DNA of 64,000 bases from an uncultured delta proteobacterium. GTDB lineage: Bacteria > Myxococcota_A > Polyangia > Polyangiales > JAFGIB01. Numbering within the stretch: position 1 is the first letter of the stretch; each line of letters begins with the position of its first letter. Shown here in pieces: positions 18,101-28,116 of this stretch. The DNA lies in NCBI GenBank assembly GCA_963778655.1, contig CAVZVA010000009.1, forward strand, positions 544,001-608,000, in the 5' to 3' direction. The notes under the pieces are model-generated. The model had not been told where the DNA came from. It made no database searches and saw nothing but the letters and a program-made list of their open reading frames with translations. Both the position numbers and the translations under genes were made by a program.

Positions 18101-18378
18101 GTGATCTCGATGCGGCAGACAGCCACCTCGAAGCAGCACTATCGAGCTGCGAGGCCGCGAGGTCGTCCACCTTCACTAGCTTGACCTGCCTCGTCTATGC
18201 GCGGGCCCTGATCAAGCGGCAGACACCGGCGGCACGGCGATGCGCGCAGGAGATGCTGGTCCGATCCGAGGAGCTGAATCGCCCGCAAGGTTGGAACGGC
18301 AACTCGACCCACGCGCGCTTCATCGCATGGCGCGCCGGCCTTACGCTGCCCGACATGGGCCATGGGAAGGCTCAGTAG
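15148..18378 (+). CDS. Regulator: OmpR/ToxR-type wHTH + STAND-like P-loop NTPase + TPR-like helical region (start uncertain, could be 15109)
   Basis: LLLHLVEHRDRPV..ELLRVVW..IRTVRGRGYQF; FVGR..GEPGIGKT; LLFDDLQRAD; TGGSPLFL; FAHGLIRNALY. Confidence 0.9.
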   Translation: MSIEPELSVASFAPQGNGLAAADAELQQSRPRQRALCLGDLVLDGVRFELRRGQERLPVQPRVLQLLLHLVEHRDRPVPDEELLRVVWPDECVTRASIKRAVHGARKALGDDGESQLSIRTVRGRGYQFVLPVSEYEPQLSEPPDSAPSRAATSTPPPNAGAPMRDAFVGRRSALAMLEASARDAFNGHCRMLLLIGEPGIGKTRTLVELGHRAAMAGGDTWFGHCIEDEGAPAFWPWTQVLRDCERDRGSRDLIALMGKSVADIAEGIPELREWLPDLPLAPSIGEQSARFRFFDGVVAFLKRAAEQRPIALLFDDLQRADQPTLRLLSFVARNLDNSRVLIACSMRPIASQPVAVRESITTFIQQVPATYVELQGLSRQDVDEFLELRVGQRGPEAVVDQLHQLTGGSPLFLQQIAYGWQTSGRLDGAIDWGQLPSTTYGQGLAGSIAQRIGVIAPPTLEVLRVAAVLGSEFSVARLARLLGTGAAVVLPELGAAKAAGVVREVPNAIGTFCFAHGLIRNALYEQLGVDARAALHGKAGTLLEAEAPSADAGVPELAHHFAQAWPAHDAGKALPYALRAAEAATRRLAYEEAVGHLDRALHIHANGAGDPERRMRLLLSKGEALSHAAEVARARAALFDAVALARQLRATDVIARAAKLMAVVPESGSVDWEQIGLLREALGAIAADDPERPYLLALLAKCSTYSTDSAAREALALTALERSKQITDLRLRAETLQQCHRALAEPKHLAQREVIGEELVCLGHKSGDHMALWHAATAQVQNCLERGDFTGVDRAISVIESLATQMREPMFRWYLAVFRAMRHYVAGQFSEAQDLALKALDMGACVGEATARHVYCMQVTGWLRVLGRTSECEVLVREMTLRYPALSGWRLMQVGLEADRGRNEPARRFLAQIYDDPSLMHEPFTMSLLCFLAELGSYFGSPEMTRWLYELMLPYAELWGNCGFGLNTYGPIGRQLGALAIRIGDLDAADSHLEAALSSCEAARSSTFTSLTCLVYARALIKRQTPAARRCAQEMLVRSEELNRPQGWNGNSTHARFIAWRAGLTLPDMGHGKAQ

Positions 18379-18489
18379 TCGGTGAAGGCTCATCCAAGCG
18401 AGATCACCGCAGGGGAACGGCGGCAGTCAGGCCCACCGATCGTGCGGGCGTGACTTGAGGGCAGCTGACGCGTCTGCTACGCCGCGAGG

Positions 18490-19314
18490 ATGCTTCCCGA
18501 GGAATTCGCCGTTGCCGGTAAGGTCATGCTGGTCACTGGGGCGGGCCGAGGAATCGGCAGCGGGATCGCCGAGGTGTTGGCCGAGGCGGGCGCGATCGTG
18601 GCGCTCAACGCCCTGACCCCGACGTTTGCCGAGGCGACCGCGAAGGGCATCCGCGACCGGCCGGCGCAGCGCGCAGACGGCCGCCACGCGACCGCGGCGG
18701 GCGCGGTCGAGGTATTCACCGGCGATGTCACCCAAACCGCAGGTGCCGAGGCCCTGGTGCAGCGGGTGCTGGAGCGCTTTGGGCGGATCGACGTGCTGGT
18801 CAACAACCTGGGCGACGCGATTACGAAGCCGCTGGTGGCCCTGCCGGAGACCCGCACCCAAACCATCGACGACGAGGGTCTGCAACGCATCCTCGATCTC
18901 AACCTCATGGCGACTCTGCGCTGCACGCGCGCGGTGGGGCCGCACTTTCTCGCTCGCCGCTCGGGCAAGGTGATCAACATCGCCTCGTACACGGTGGCGC
19001 GCGGCGCCCCACGCGTGGTGCTGTATACGGCCGCCAAGGCCGCCGTCGTGGGGTTCACCCGCGCCCAGGCGCTCGAGTGGGCCCGCTACAACGTTCAGGT
19101 CAACGCCATCGCGCCGGGGCTCTACCCCGAGCCGCGCACCCTGGGCGAGCAGGCGGCCGAGGCGGCCGAGCAGTACGCGGCTCGCAGCGTGCCGCTCGGC
19201 AGGGGCGGGCGCCTGCGCGAGGTGGGTCTGCTGGCCCTGTACCTGGCGTCGGCCGCCTCCGACTACATGACCGGCCAGACGCTGTACCTCGACGGCGGGG
19301 CCTCGATCGCCTGA
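18490..19314 (+). CDS. Short-chain dehydrogenase/reductase
   Basis: TGAGRGIG, DVLVNN, YTAAK, VNAIAPG, GQTLYLDGG. Confidence 0.95.
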   Translation: MLPEEFAVAGKVMLVTGAGRGIGSGIAEVLAEAGAIVALNALTPTFAEATAKGIRDRPAQRADGRHATAAGAVEVFTGDVTQTAGAEALVQRVLERFGRIDVLVNNLGDAITKPLVALPETRTQTIDDEGLQRILDLNLMATLRCTRAVGPHFLARRSGKVINIASYTVARGAPRVVLYTAAKAAVVGFTRAQALEWARYNVQVNAIAPGLYPEPRTLGEQAAEAAEQYAARSVPLGRGGRLREVGLLALYLASAASDYMTGQTLYLDGGASIA

Positions 19315-19343
19315 CGAACCGGCGGGCCCCGGTGGACGAGAGC

Positions 19344-20558
19344 CTACTCTTCGAGGACGTCACGGCCGGGCTCGAGCGTGATGCGCTCGATGAACCCCGT
19401 GAGCGGAACCACCCCGTCCGGGCCTGGAATAGGGCGCCCCGGCGTGCCCATGCCTTCGGCTACGTAGAGGACGGTGTGCCTGTGCTCCCCGAAGCCCAAG
19501 TGGCCCAACGCCAGGTTGGTCGGCGCATCCAGTCCGGTTGCGATCAGCGTGACCCGCCGGTGCATGCGATCGACGCGCAGCAGTCTGCCGGAAAAGCGTC
19601 TGAACCCGCCGTGGCTCGGCCCCGCCAGCAGCGCCGCGCGCGCCGGTACCGAATCGACGGAGGCGTCGCAGAGCTCGAGCACGTAGATCGAGGCTTCGCT
19701 GGTGATCACAAAGCCGGTCGGAGCGGTCAGCCCCCGCACCGTCCACGAGAAGCGCTTGGCGGCAGGGTCCACGCTGATGATGCCGCCTGCACGCGGGATG
19801 AGCGCCATCCCACGGCCGCTCTTTTCGCCTTGCGGCGATCCGCTGAACAGGCTGACGAGCATCTGCCCATTGAGCACGTCGTACTGGATGTAGCCGGGCA
19901 GGGGATCGAGTCCACCCGGCAGGGGCGGAATCTCAAGCACCCGTTCGGCGTCCCCGCCGGGTCGCAAGCGCACGACCTCGTCGGTGTTGGTCGCGACTGC
20001 GAACCACTGCCGCGAATGCGGCTCGTAGGCGAGGTCGTTGATGTCACCGCTTGTCTTTCCCCATACGCTGGCCGCGTCGCCCTCGACTCGAAACAAGGTC
20101 GATGGCCCATCAAAGAAGGCGAGCGCGGCCAGCACGGTGTCACCACCGCGCGCTATGCCCGCCATTCCGAACACCTCGTCGCGGTGCACGACTTCGAGCA
20201 TGTTCTTGGAAGGCTGCTGATCGAGCAGCACTTTGCGTTCGCCCTCGTCGAGAAAGTCGCCATCACCATCGCGATCGGTCAGGTGCGAGAGCGTGCCCGA
20301 GAGCGGGGCGTCGGGCGCGCCGCTGCCAGCTTCGGACACCAGCAGCGATCCATCCGACAAGACCAACATTCCGCGCGGATTGCTCAGTCCGCGCGCGACG
20401 ACCGTCCGTTGGAGCAGGGCCAGCGGGAACTCTCTGGGAATCTGGAGGGAAGCCGTGGTGTCGAACGGCGGTATGGCGTTCGCAGCCTGCGGCTGCGGCG
20501 CAGCGGCGCTCGCACAGCCGGCAAGCGCGACGAGCATGACTGAGAGCAAACGAAGCAC
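19344..20558 (-). CDS. ScyD/ScyE-like beta-propeller lipoprotein
   Basis: LVALAGC lipobox; VVARGLSNPRGM..DGSLLVSEAGSG; GLTAPTG..IYVLE; ATGLDAPTNLA. Confidence 0.7.
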   Translation of the reverse strand: MLRLLSVMLVALAGCASAAAPQPQAANAIPPFDTTASLQIPREFPLALLQRTVVARGLSNPRGMLVLSDGSLLVSEAGSGAPDAPLSGTLSHLTDRDGDGDFLDEGERKVLLDQQPSKNMLEVVHRDEVFGMAGIARGGDTVLAALAFFDGPSTLFRVEGDAASVWGKTSGDINDLAYEPHSRQWFAVATNTDEVVRLRPGGDAERVLEIPPLPGGLDPLPGYIQYDVLNGQMLVSLFSGSPQGEKSGRGMALIPRAGGIISVDPAAKRFSWTVRGLTAPTGFVITSEASIYVLELCDASVDSVPARAALLAGPSHGGFRRFSGRLLRVDRMHRRVTLIATGLDAPTNLALGHLGFGEHRHTVLYVAEGMGTPGRPIPGPDGVVPLTGFIERITLEPGRDVLEE

Positions 20559-20683
20559 GACGCCTCGACGCGAGGAAGTGGGTGCACGGTAGTCGCGCGG
20601 CCAGGGTGCGGTCAAGCGCGCGAGCGCGTGAAGTCGAGCCCGCCTTCCCCCGCGGCGTACTGGTCGGCGAGCGGGCCTACGAA

Positions 20684-21529
20684 TCAGCGACCTTTGAAGT
20701 CGGCGGCGCGTTTCTGCATGAAGGACAGCATGCCCTCGCGCGCGTCCTCGGTGCGCATCAGGGTCAGGAACTGCGAGTACACGTGATCGACGTGATCGCC
20801 GAAGGTCTGCTCGAGGCCGGCCCGCATCAATCGCTTGGCCGACTGCACCGCGAGCGGGGCGTTTTGGGCGATCTCGGTCGCCAAGGCGCGCGCCCGTGGC
20901 ATCAGCTCGGCGTCTGGGACGACGTACGAGGTGAGGCCGAGCGCCAGGCACTCTTGGGCAGACAGCGTGCGCCCGCTGAAGATGATCTCGGCCGCCTTCG
21001 ACCAACCGACGAGGCGTGGCAAATACCACGTGCCGCCCGACTCGGGCACGATGCCGCGTTTGACGAACGCCGGCGCGAGCTTGGCGCTCTCGGTCATGAT
21101 GCGAATGTCGCAGCCGAGCGCAGTATCCATGCCGTAACCGGCCGCGCCGCCGTTGATCGCGCAGATCGTCGGCTTGTCCATTTCGAAGAGCACCTTGGGC
21201 GGCGCGTTCTTGGGCAGCGCCACGTTGACCGGCGCGCTCGTGCCGCCAGAGCCTATCTGGGCGCTGTTCGGCGTTGCGCTCGTGGCCCCCGCGAGGTCGA
21301 GCCCGGCGCAGAAGGCACGGCCTGTGGCGGTCAGGATCACGACGCGCACCTCGGGATCCGCGTCCGCGCGCAGGAGGCACGTCGAGAGCTCCGCGAGCAT
21401 TGGCCGTGAGATCGTGTTCATGCGCTGCGGGCGGTTGAGTGTGATGCTGGCGATGCCGAGGTCCACTGCGTACAGAACATGCGGCGACTCCGTGCCCGCC
21501 GCCTCTCGGCCCATTCGTGCTTCGGTCAT
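20684..21529 (-). CDS. Enoyl-CoA hydratase/isomerase family
   Basis: ITLNRP..RAFCAGLDL..KPTICAINGGAAGYG..GIVPESGG. Confidence 0.95.
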   Translation of the reverse strand: MTEARMGREAAGTESPHVLYAVDLGIASITLNRPQRMNTISRPMLAELSTCLLRADADPEVRVVILTATGRAFCAGLDLAGATSATPNSAQIGSGGTSAPVNVALPKNAPPKVLFEMDKPTICAINGGAAGYGMDTALGCDIRIMTESAKLAPAFVKRGIVPESGGTWYLPRLVGWSKAAEIIFSGRTLSAQECLALGLTSYVVPDAELMPRARALATEIAQNAPLAVQSAKRLMRAGLEQTFGDHVDHVYSQFLTLMRTEDAREGMLSFMQKRAADFKGR

Positions 21530-21551
21530 AATGGTCGCTCCGTGTGTGGCG

Positions 21552-22991
21552 TCAGGCGTGGTAGATGCTCGTACCCTTGGGCAGGCGCCGGGCGACGCCG
21601 CTCGCGCGTGCGGCGCGCGCGACCTCGGTCGCGACCTGCTTGGCGACGCGGCGGTTGAACACGCTCGGCACGATGTAATCGGCAGCGAGCTCGTGGTCGT
21701 CGACCAGCGAGGCGATCGCCTCTGCCGCAGCGCGCATCATCTCGGGGTTGATGGTGCGTGCGCGCGCGTCGAGCGCGCCGCGGAAGATGCCGGGGAATGC
21801 CAGCACGTTGTTGATCTGGTTCGGGTAGTCGCTACGGCCAGTAGCGAGCACCGCCGCGATCTTGATCGCCGCTTCGGGCGCCACCTCCGGAATCGGGTTG
21901 GCGAGCGCAAAGATCAGCGGCTGCTTGCCCATCTTCTTCAGGTCCGCGCCGGTCAGTAGGTTGGGAGCCGAGACGCCGAGAAACATGTCGGCGCCCTTGA
22001 GCACGCGCTTGAGCGGTCCGCGCTCGCGCTCCTTGTTGGTATGCTCTGCCAGCCAACGCTTGCTGGCGTTGTCGCCGAGATCGCGGCCCGCGTGGATTGC
22101 GCCCTCGCGGTCACACGCCACGATGTGTCTGACGCCGTAGTCGAGCAACATCTTCGCGCACGCCGTCCCCGCCGCGCCTGCGCCGGCGATCACCAGCTTG
22201 ACGTCCTTCGGCTTCTTGCCGGTCAGGCGCAGCGAGTTGATGAAGCCGGCCAGCACTACCACCGCCGTGCCGTGCTGGTCGTCGTGGAACACCGGAATGT
22301 CGAGCGTCGCCTGCAACCGCTGCTCGACCTCGAAGCAGCGGGGCGCCGAAATGTCTTCCAGGTTGATTCCGCCGAAGCTGGGTGCGACGCGCTGCACGAT
22401 GCTGATGATCTCTTCCGGATCCTGGGTGTCGAGGCACAGGGGAAACGCGTCCACGCCGCCGAATTCCTTGAACAGGACGGCCTTGCCTTCCATCACCGGC
22501 ATGGCAGCGAGAGGCCCCAGGTTGCCGAGCCCGAGCACCGCGCTGCCGTCCGAGACTACCGCGATGCAGTTGTGGCGAATGGTCAGATTGTGCGCGATGC
22601 GCGGATCCTTGGCGATCGCCCGGCACACGCGCGCCACCCCGGGCGTGTATGCCATCGACAGATCGGCGCGCGTCTTGAGCGGGACGCGCGAGCGGATCTC
22701 GAGCTTGCCGCCGAGGTGCAGGCGAAACGTCTCGTCAGAGACCGATTGCACGGTCACACCGCGCGTGCGCTTCATCGCCGCGACGATCTGCTCGGCGTGC
22801 TCGGGCGAGCTGCACTCGACCGTGTAGTCGCGCACGCTCAGCCCGCGATGGATGTGTACCAGGTCGATCGCCTGGATCACGCCGCCGTTGCGGGCGATCA
22901 GGCTGCTCAGCTTCGCGATCCAGCCGCTCTTGTGGGGGTACTCGACACGCATCGTGACGGAGTACTGCGCGCTCGGGATGGGCTTTGTCAT
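21552..22991 (-). CDS. mae: NAD(P)-dependent malic enzyme with N-terminal ACT domain
   Basis: AYTPGVA, DGSAVLGLG, PVMEGK, INLEDI, FHDDQHGT, GAGAAG, TGRSDYPNQINN. Confidence 0.95.
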   Translation of the reverse strand: MTKPIPSAQYSVTMRVEYPHKSGWIAKLSSLIARNGGVIQAIDLVHIHRGLSVRDYTVECSSPEHAEQIVAAMKRTRGVTVQSVSDETFRLHLGGKLEIRSRVPLKTRADLSMAYTPGVARVCRAIAKDPRIAHNLTIRHNCIAVVSDGSAVLGLGNLGPLAAMPVMEGKAVLFKEFGGVDAFPLCLDTQDPEEIISIVQRVAPSFGGINLEDISAPRCFEVEQRLQATLDIPVFHDDQHGTAVVVLAGFINSLRLTGKKPKDVKLVIAGAGAAGTACAKMLLDYGVRHIVACDREGAIHAGRDLGDNASKRWLAEHTNKERERGPLKRVLKGADMFLGVSAPNLLTGADLKKMGKQPLIFALANPIPEVAPEAAIKIAAVLATGRSDYPNQINNVLAFPGIFRGALDARARTINPEMMRAAAEAIASLVDDHELAADYIVPSVFNRRVAKQVATEVARAARASGVARRLPKGTSIYHA

Positions 22992-23208
22992 GACCGCGCG
23001 AGGCTACGCTTGTTGTCAGCGTCGATCCACAGCCGCCGCTGCGAATGGGACGATGTGGGAGTTGCGCCGACGCAACGCAGCCGAGCGATTTCACGCTGCC
23101 ACCCCTTCCCCTCTTGCGGGCACGCCGCGTCTTGCCGGCACGTCTTGCCGGCCGTCTTTTCGGCATGTCTGCTGAGCCGATCGGGCGCGCTCGCGGTACC
23201 GATTTGCC

Positions 23209-24972
23209 ATGCTGGAGAGGCGTTCGGCTCGGGCGATCGTGGTCGCGGTGGCAACGCTGGGGATGGCGTGCGCCGGGGGGCGCTCGGCGTCGGGCGATGG
23301 ATCGGCGGCGGGCGGCGCAAGCGCGGCAACCGAGGCCGGAGCGCAAGGCGGTGGCGCTGCCACGGGCGGAGGCGGAGCGCCCGCCGGCGCGGGCCCCACA
23401 GGCGGTGGCTCCGCTGGCACCGGTGGCAGCGGCGGCTCAGCAGCTGGCGGCGGGACGGCGGGTGCCACGGGTGGGGGCGCCGCGGGCGTCGACGGGGGCA
23501 CTGCCGGCTCGGACGGCGGCGCGGCCTGCTCGATGGCGACCGAGGTCTCGCTCAACGACAGCGTCACCGGCAGCGGTCTCGATCAGCTCGACTACCAGGG
23601 TGACTGGTCGATTTCGGCCGGCGCCGGCAAGTACCAGAACGATGATCACTACACCTCGAGCACGGGCGCGTCGGTCCGGCTACGGTTCGAAGGACAACGC
23701 GTCTCGCTGCGCGCGGCGAGAGCCTCGCACCACGGCATCGCGGAGGTGAGCCTCGACGGTGCGGGGCCCGAGGACGTCGACCTGTACGCCGCGCAGCGCG
23801 CGGACGACGTCGAGGTCTGGAGCCGCGGTGGCTTGTCGGCGGGCGAGCACGTGCTGCAAGTTGCGGCGTCCGGCCGCAGCAACTCCGCCTCCAGCGGGAC
23901 CACGATCGCGATCGATCGCGTGGTCGTCACGCCCACCGACTGCGGCGGGGGCTCGGGCGGCAGCGGGGGCTCGGGCGGCAGCGGGGGCTCGGGCGGCAGC
24001 GGGGGCTCGGGCGGCAGCGGCGCAACGGGCGGGAGCTCCGGCGCCACGGCGACACGCCCCAGCTACAACACCGGCTCCGGCTTCTTCGTGGTCGGCGACA
24101 AGCTCTACGACAGCAATGGCGCCGAGCTGCGCATCCGCGGCGTCAACAAGCTGCACTGGGATGCCGACTCGCCCGGCATCCCGAGCACTCACGCCAACAC
24201 CGTACGCTGGGACATCGATTTCTCGCGCTCGGCCGCCTCCAACGTGGCGCTGGTGCAGCAGTCGATCGACGACCACATGGTGCCGATGCCCGGCAACTGG
24301 GAGGGCACCTGCGACGAGAATACCTCGACCTTGACCGGCATCGTCGATACCTGGGTGGCGCAGGCCGCGTCATGGAAGACGCTCGAGCCCTATATGATCC
24401 TCAACGTCGCCAACGAGTGGGGACCCTCGGGCACGGCCTGGCGCGACGCCTACATCACCGCGATCGGCCGCCTGCGCGACGCCGGCTACCTGTGCACAAT
24501 CGCGATCGATTCCGGCGGCTGTGGCCAGGACAACGACGACCTGGCCAACTATGCACAGGCCGTGTTCGACAGCGATCCCCAGAAGAACGTGATCTTCTCG
24601 CAGCACATCTACGGCAACTGGGCGGGCGCCGGCGGCGAGTCGTGGCAGACCCAACTCGACCAGGGGCTCGACCGACTGGTCGCGACCGGCTTGCCGATGA
24701 TCGTAGGCGAGTTCGGTCCGGGCCGCGGCATCGGCCCCTCGCCCACCGATCTGACGCCGCTCGAGATCATGCAGGCGTGCGAGGCGCGCGGGCTAGGCTG
24801 GCTGGCCTGGGCCTGGGACGATCCGGCGAGCAACGCCGACGACACCTGGTTCGCGCTGTCCAAGAACGGTCGCTACGACTCGAGCAACGACCTGACCATG
24901 TTTGGCAAGGTCGTGGTCGAAGACCCGAGCTACGGGCTGCTCGCGCTCGCCAAGCCGGCGACGATCTTCTGA
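23209..24972 (+). CDS. GH5 glycoside hydrolase lipoprotein (mannanase-like) with N-terminal beta-sandwich domain and Gly-rich linkers
   Basis: Lipobox-like TLGMAC; RGVN; NVANEW (acid/base Glu); HIY; IVGEFG (nucleophile); WLAWAW; 18-bp GGSGGS repeats at about 23945-24020. Confidence 0.9.
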   Translation: MLERRSARAIVVAVATLGMACAGGRSASGDGSAAGGASAATEAGAQGGGAATGGGGAPAGAGPTGGGSAGTGGSGGSAAGGGTAGATGGGAAGVDGGTAGSDGGAACSMATEVSLNDSVTGSGLDQLDYQGDWSISAGAGKYQNDDHYTSSTGASVRLRFEGQRVSLRAARASHHGIAEVSLDGAGPEDVDLYAAQRADDVEVWSRGGLSAGEHVLQVAASGRSNSASSGTTIAIDRVVVTPTDCGGGSGGSGGSGGSGGSGGSGGSGGSGATGGSSGATATRPSYNTGSGFFVVGDKLYDSNGAELRIRGVNKLHWDADSPGIPSTHANTVRWDIDFSRSAASNVALVQQSIDDHMVPMPGNWEGTCDENTSTLTGIVDTWVAQAASWKTLEPYMILNVANEWGPSGTAWRDAYITAIGRLRDAGYLCTIAIDSGGCGQDNDDLANYAQAVFDSDPQKNVIFSQHIYGNWAGAGGESWQTQLDQGLDRLVATGLPMIVGEFGPGRGIGPSPTDLTPLEIMQACEARGLGWLAWAWDDPASNADDTWFALSKNGRYDSSNDLTMFGKVVVEDPSYGLLALAKPATIF

Positions 24973-25048
24973 CTCGGGCGATTACTCACAGCCCGCACGA
25001 AGCGGACGAGATCCCCGCGATTCTGGACCGCGGAACGACTCGGCACGG

Positions 25049-25450
25049 CTATGGCTCGACGTAGCGCCACAGGCCGGCGCCCCAGTTGGCGGTGACGATG
25101 ACGGTGTGATTGCCGTCGCGGATCACCGCGGCCCGTGCGGGGCCGATGGTCATCGCGGCCGGAGTGCCGGGCATGCTCCATGCGCCCGTCCCCGGCTGCG
25201 CGGCCAGCTCGAGGCTCGGGTCCAGCATGCCGCCCAGGCCCACCGCGCCGCTGTTCATGGCGTTGACACTCTTCGCTGTGCCGAAGACCGTGGCCTCGTT
25301 GGCCGTGCCGCCGATGTGGCTCCAGGTTTGTCCGTAGTCCGCGCTGCGCAGCACACCCCAGCCGAGCGCCGAGTAGGCGCCGGCCATGTAGTGACCACAC
25401 AGATCGGGTTGGCGCGGTCGAAGTCGATGAACCAGACGATCCTGGATCTC
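25049..25450 (-). pseudogene. C-terminal fragment of a BNR/Asp-box beta-propeller protein
   Basis: VLRSADYGQTW Asp-box and terminal NWGAGLWRYVEP; only about 110 aa, no signal peptide, no room for a full propeller before the stop at 25486. Confidence 0.5.
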
Positions 25451-25485
25451 CGCTTCGTTCGCGCTCGGGTCAGGCGCGCAGCGCG

Positions 25486-25932
25486 CTACCCGCGGCGGCG
25501 GGTGGTGAGCTTGGCGAGCAACTCAGGATCGGTGGGCTCGATCGTGTGGCCTTCGGGAAAGGGGGCGCGGCCAGTTTGGCCGAGGGCCTGCAAGGCCGTC
25601 GGGTGTTGGTAGTACTGCATAAAGACGAAGAGCTGGAGCATGCCGAGCGCCGGCTGCTGTGCCATTACCGCCGCCAGCAGCTGCTCGCGCGCCTCGGGGT
25701 CGAGCGCGGGTAGGCCAGCTGGATCACGCGCGCGAGCGGCGTCGTACACGGCGCCGAGCGCTGCGGCGGCGGGTGCGGCGAGCATGGGGCTCGCGCTGAG
25801 CTGCTTACGGAGCCCTGCGGCGAGGCCCAGCGCACCGGCACCTGGCATCGTCTCGCTCGGCGGGATCAATGTGTCGAGCAGAGCGTCGAGGAAGGCATCA
25901 TCGCCGAGGGGATCGCGGGCTGCGTCGGTCAT
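25486..25932 (-). CDS. Gluconate 2-dehydrogenase subunit 3-like small subunit
   Basis: LDALLDTLIPPS..MPGAGALG..YYQHP..LG..PFPEG; lies 4 nt downstream of the GMC gene. Confidence 0.75.
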   Translation of the reverse strand: MTDAARDPLGDDAFLDALLDTLIPPSETMPGAGALGLAAGLRKQLSASPMLAAPAAAALGAVYDAARARDPAGLPALDPEAREQLLAAVMAQQPALGMLQLFVFMQYYQHPTALQALGQTGRAPFPEGHTIEPTDPELLAKLTTRRRG

Positions 25933-25936
25933 GGCT

Positions 25937-27538
25937 TCACTCGAAGAGGTGATCGATCTTCTGTTTGATGGCGTCGGCGACGTAGAGCGCCAGCGCTTGG
26001 ATCGTCGCCGTGGGGTTCACGGCACCGGAGGTGACGAACAGGCTGCCGTCGACGATGAAGAGGTTCTTCACGTCGTGGCTGCGTCCCCAGGCGTTCACCA
26101 CGGAGGTCTCCGGGTCGTGGCCCATGCGCGCGGTGCCCATCAGGTGCCAGCCCGCGCCCGGCATCAGATCGAGCGTAACCACCTCCGATGCGCCCGCCGC
26201 CTTGAGCACCTCGGTCGCGCGCTGCTTGCCGTGCGCGAGGATCTTGCGGGTGTTCTCGCTCAGCGCGTAGGTGATCTTCGGCGCCGGGATGCCGTGGCCG
26301 TCCTTGAGCTCGGGGTCGAGCGTGACCGTGTTGTGCAGCTCCGGCAAGTCCTCACTCATGGTCAAGAGGCCCGCCGTGTGGTTGAAGAGCTTGCGGTAGC
26401 TCGCGTGGTGCGCCTTGCCCCAGCGCACGCGGCCGCGCTGCAACCCCATCATCGCGGTCTGCATCGGCCCGAACCCTCGCAGGGCTTCGAAGCTGTAGCC
26501 ACGGTGGAAGCCGCGGGCCCGATCGCTCGCGTAGAACTCATGGCTGAGCAGGCAGCAGCCGATGGGCCCATGGTGGTCCAGCTCTTCCTCGAACAGGCCG
26601 ATCGCGGTGCCGCAAGGGTGGAACATCAGGTTCTTGCCCACGAGCCCGCTGCGGTTGGCGAGGCCGCTGGGGAAGCGACCGGAGGTCGAATTCAGCAGCA
26701 GGCGCGGCGTGCCGACGCCGTTGCACGCGAGCACGACGATCTCCGCCTTTTGCTCGTGCAGCGTTCCGTCGCGGTCGTAGTAAAGCACGCCGCCGGCCTG
26801 CCCGTCGGGCCGCAGGGTGACCTCGCGCACCCGGCAGCCGGTGCGGATCTCGACGCCGCGGCGCTGCGCGAGCGGCCAATAGGTGATATCGGTGCTCGCC
26901 TTGGCGCCTTGTGCGCAGCCGCTCATGCACGGGCTGAGGTTGATGCACGGGGCGCGGCCCTCGTACTCAGTCGTGGCGATGGCCGCGTCCGAAGGCCACC
27001 AGTGCCAGCCGAGGCGCTCGAAGCCACGCGCCAGCGCGTTTCCCACCTTGCCGAGCGGCACTGGCGGCATGGGCGGGTTACGCGGCGGGCTGAGCGGGTT
27101 ACCCGCGAGCCCCGAGACGCCCATCATCTTGTCGTTGAGGTCGAAGAACGGCGCCAGCGTCTCGAAGCCGATCGGCCAGTCGTCGGCGATGCCATCGGTC
27201 GAGCGCACGTGGAAATCGTCAGGCTCGAGCCGCGGGAAGTGCGCAGCCCACTGGATGGTGCTGCCGCCGACGCCGTTCCACATCACCGGGTTGATCGGCG
27301 ACTGCGCGGCGTTGATCGGGTAGTCCTCGGGGCGCTTGCGCACGTTCGGATCGGTCGAGAGCTGGCGCATGGCGCGCATCTCGTAGTCGGGGAAGTTCGT
27401 CGGGTAGTCCGAGGGCTTCATCCAGCCGCCTTGCTCGAGGCAGAGGATGCGCATGCGGGTCTCCGACAAGCTCCACGCGAACGCGGCCGCCGAGGCGCCG
27501 GCGCCCACGATCAGCACGTCGACTGGATCGTTGGACAT
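25937..27538 (-). CDS. GMC family oxidoreductase
   Basis: VLIVGAGASA, GVGGST, TPRLLLNS, GKNLMFHP, HLMGTARMG, VNPTATIQALA. Confidence 0.95.
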   Translation of the reverse strand: MSNDPVDVLIVGAGASAAAFAWSLSETRMRILCLEQGGWMKPSDYPTNFPDYEMRAMRQLSTDPNVRKRPEDYPINAAQSPINPVMWNGVGGSTIQWAAHFPRLEPDDFHVRSTDGIADDWPIGFETLAPFFDLNDKMMGVSGLAGNPLSPPRNPPMPPVPLGKVGNALARGFERLGWHWWPSDAAIATTEYEGRAPCINLSPCMSGCAQGAKASTDITYWPLAQRRGVEIRTGCRVREVTLRPDGQAGGVLYYDRDGTLHEQKAEIVVLACNGVGTPRLLLNSTSGRFPSGLANRSGLVGKNLMFHPCGTAIGLFEEELDHHGPIGCCLLSHEFYASDRARGFHRGYSFEALRGFGPMQTAMMGLQRGRVRWGKAHHASYRKLFNHTAGLLTMSEDLPELHNTVTLDPELKDGHGIPAPKITYALSENTRKILAHGKQRATEVLKAAGASEVVTLDLMPGAGWHLMGTARMGHDPETSVVNAWGRSHDVKNLFIVDGSLFVTSGAVNPTATIQALALYVADAIKQKIDHLFE

Positions 27539-28116
27539 GGGTGGGACTATACAGAGCTGCCGAACGGCGGAACAAGGTGGATCATCAAAGCTGGTGACCT
27601 GCCGAGGCATTTTCTGGAATGATCCAGGTAGCGGCGGACGGAGGCAGGCAGGACGACCTCGTTGGCCTCGCGGATCAAGCGCGTGATCGCGGTGTGATCC
27701 GGCATGACATAGGCGGCGTCCGACGCAGCCCGCCGCTCGCGGTGCTGTCGGCGGCATTTCTGTCCTCGCCCCCTAACAGCTCGGATCGATGCAAACGCGG
27801 TCGTGGGCCCCGAGTTGTCATCGCACTTGTTGCCGACGACATCCTGTCGGCCGAGTCGGGCGGCGTCGAGCGTGCTCTGACAAATGGCCAGCCTATCGCG
27901 TTCGGGGTATCCCGACGAAACGGAGCCGGCAGTCGCCACAGCGGTAGACGCCCAATCCGAACAGCCTCAAGGCGAGTCTTGCGGCCCCGCTTCGGATGCG
28001 CGAACGGGCGATGGATTGGCTTTCGCAGCGCGGACATTCGCGCGCTGACGTCTTCGGAGCGGGCATCCTCGTGTTCTGGGCACTTTGGCCAGCCGCTCTC
28101 GGATCGGGGCGACCCA

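Noticed and set aside
19344..21380. 678-aa ORF
   Set aside because: The N-terminal part is an off-frame overlap of the enoyl-CoA hydratase; the real gene starts near 20558.
27547..28110. Short ORFs between the GMC gene and cgs
   Set aside because: No recognisable motifs or consistent codon bias; possibly decayed sequence.
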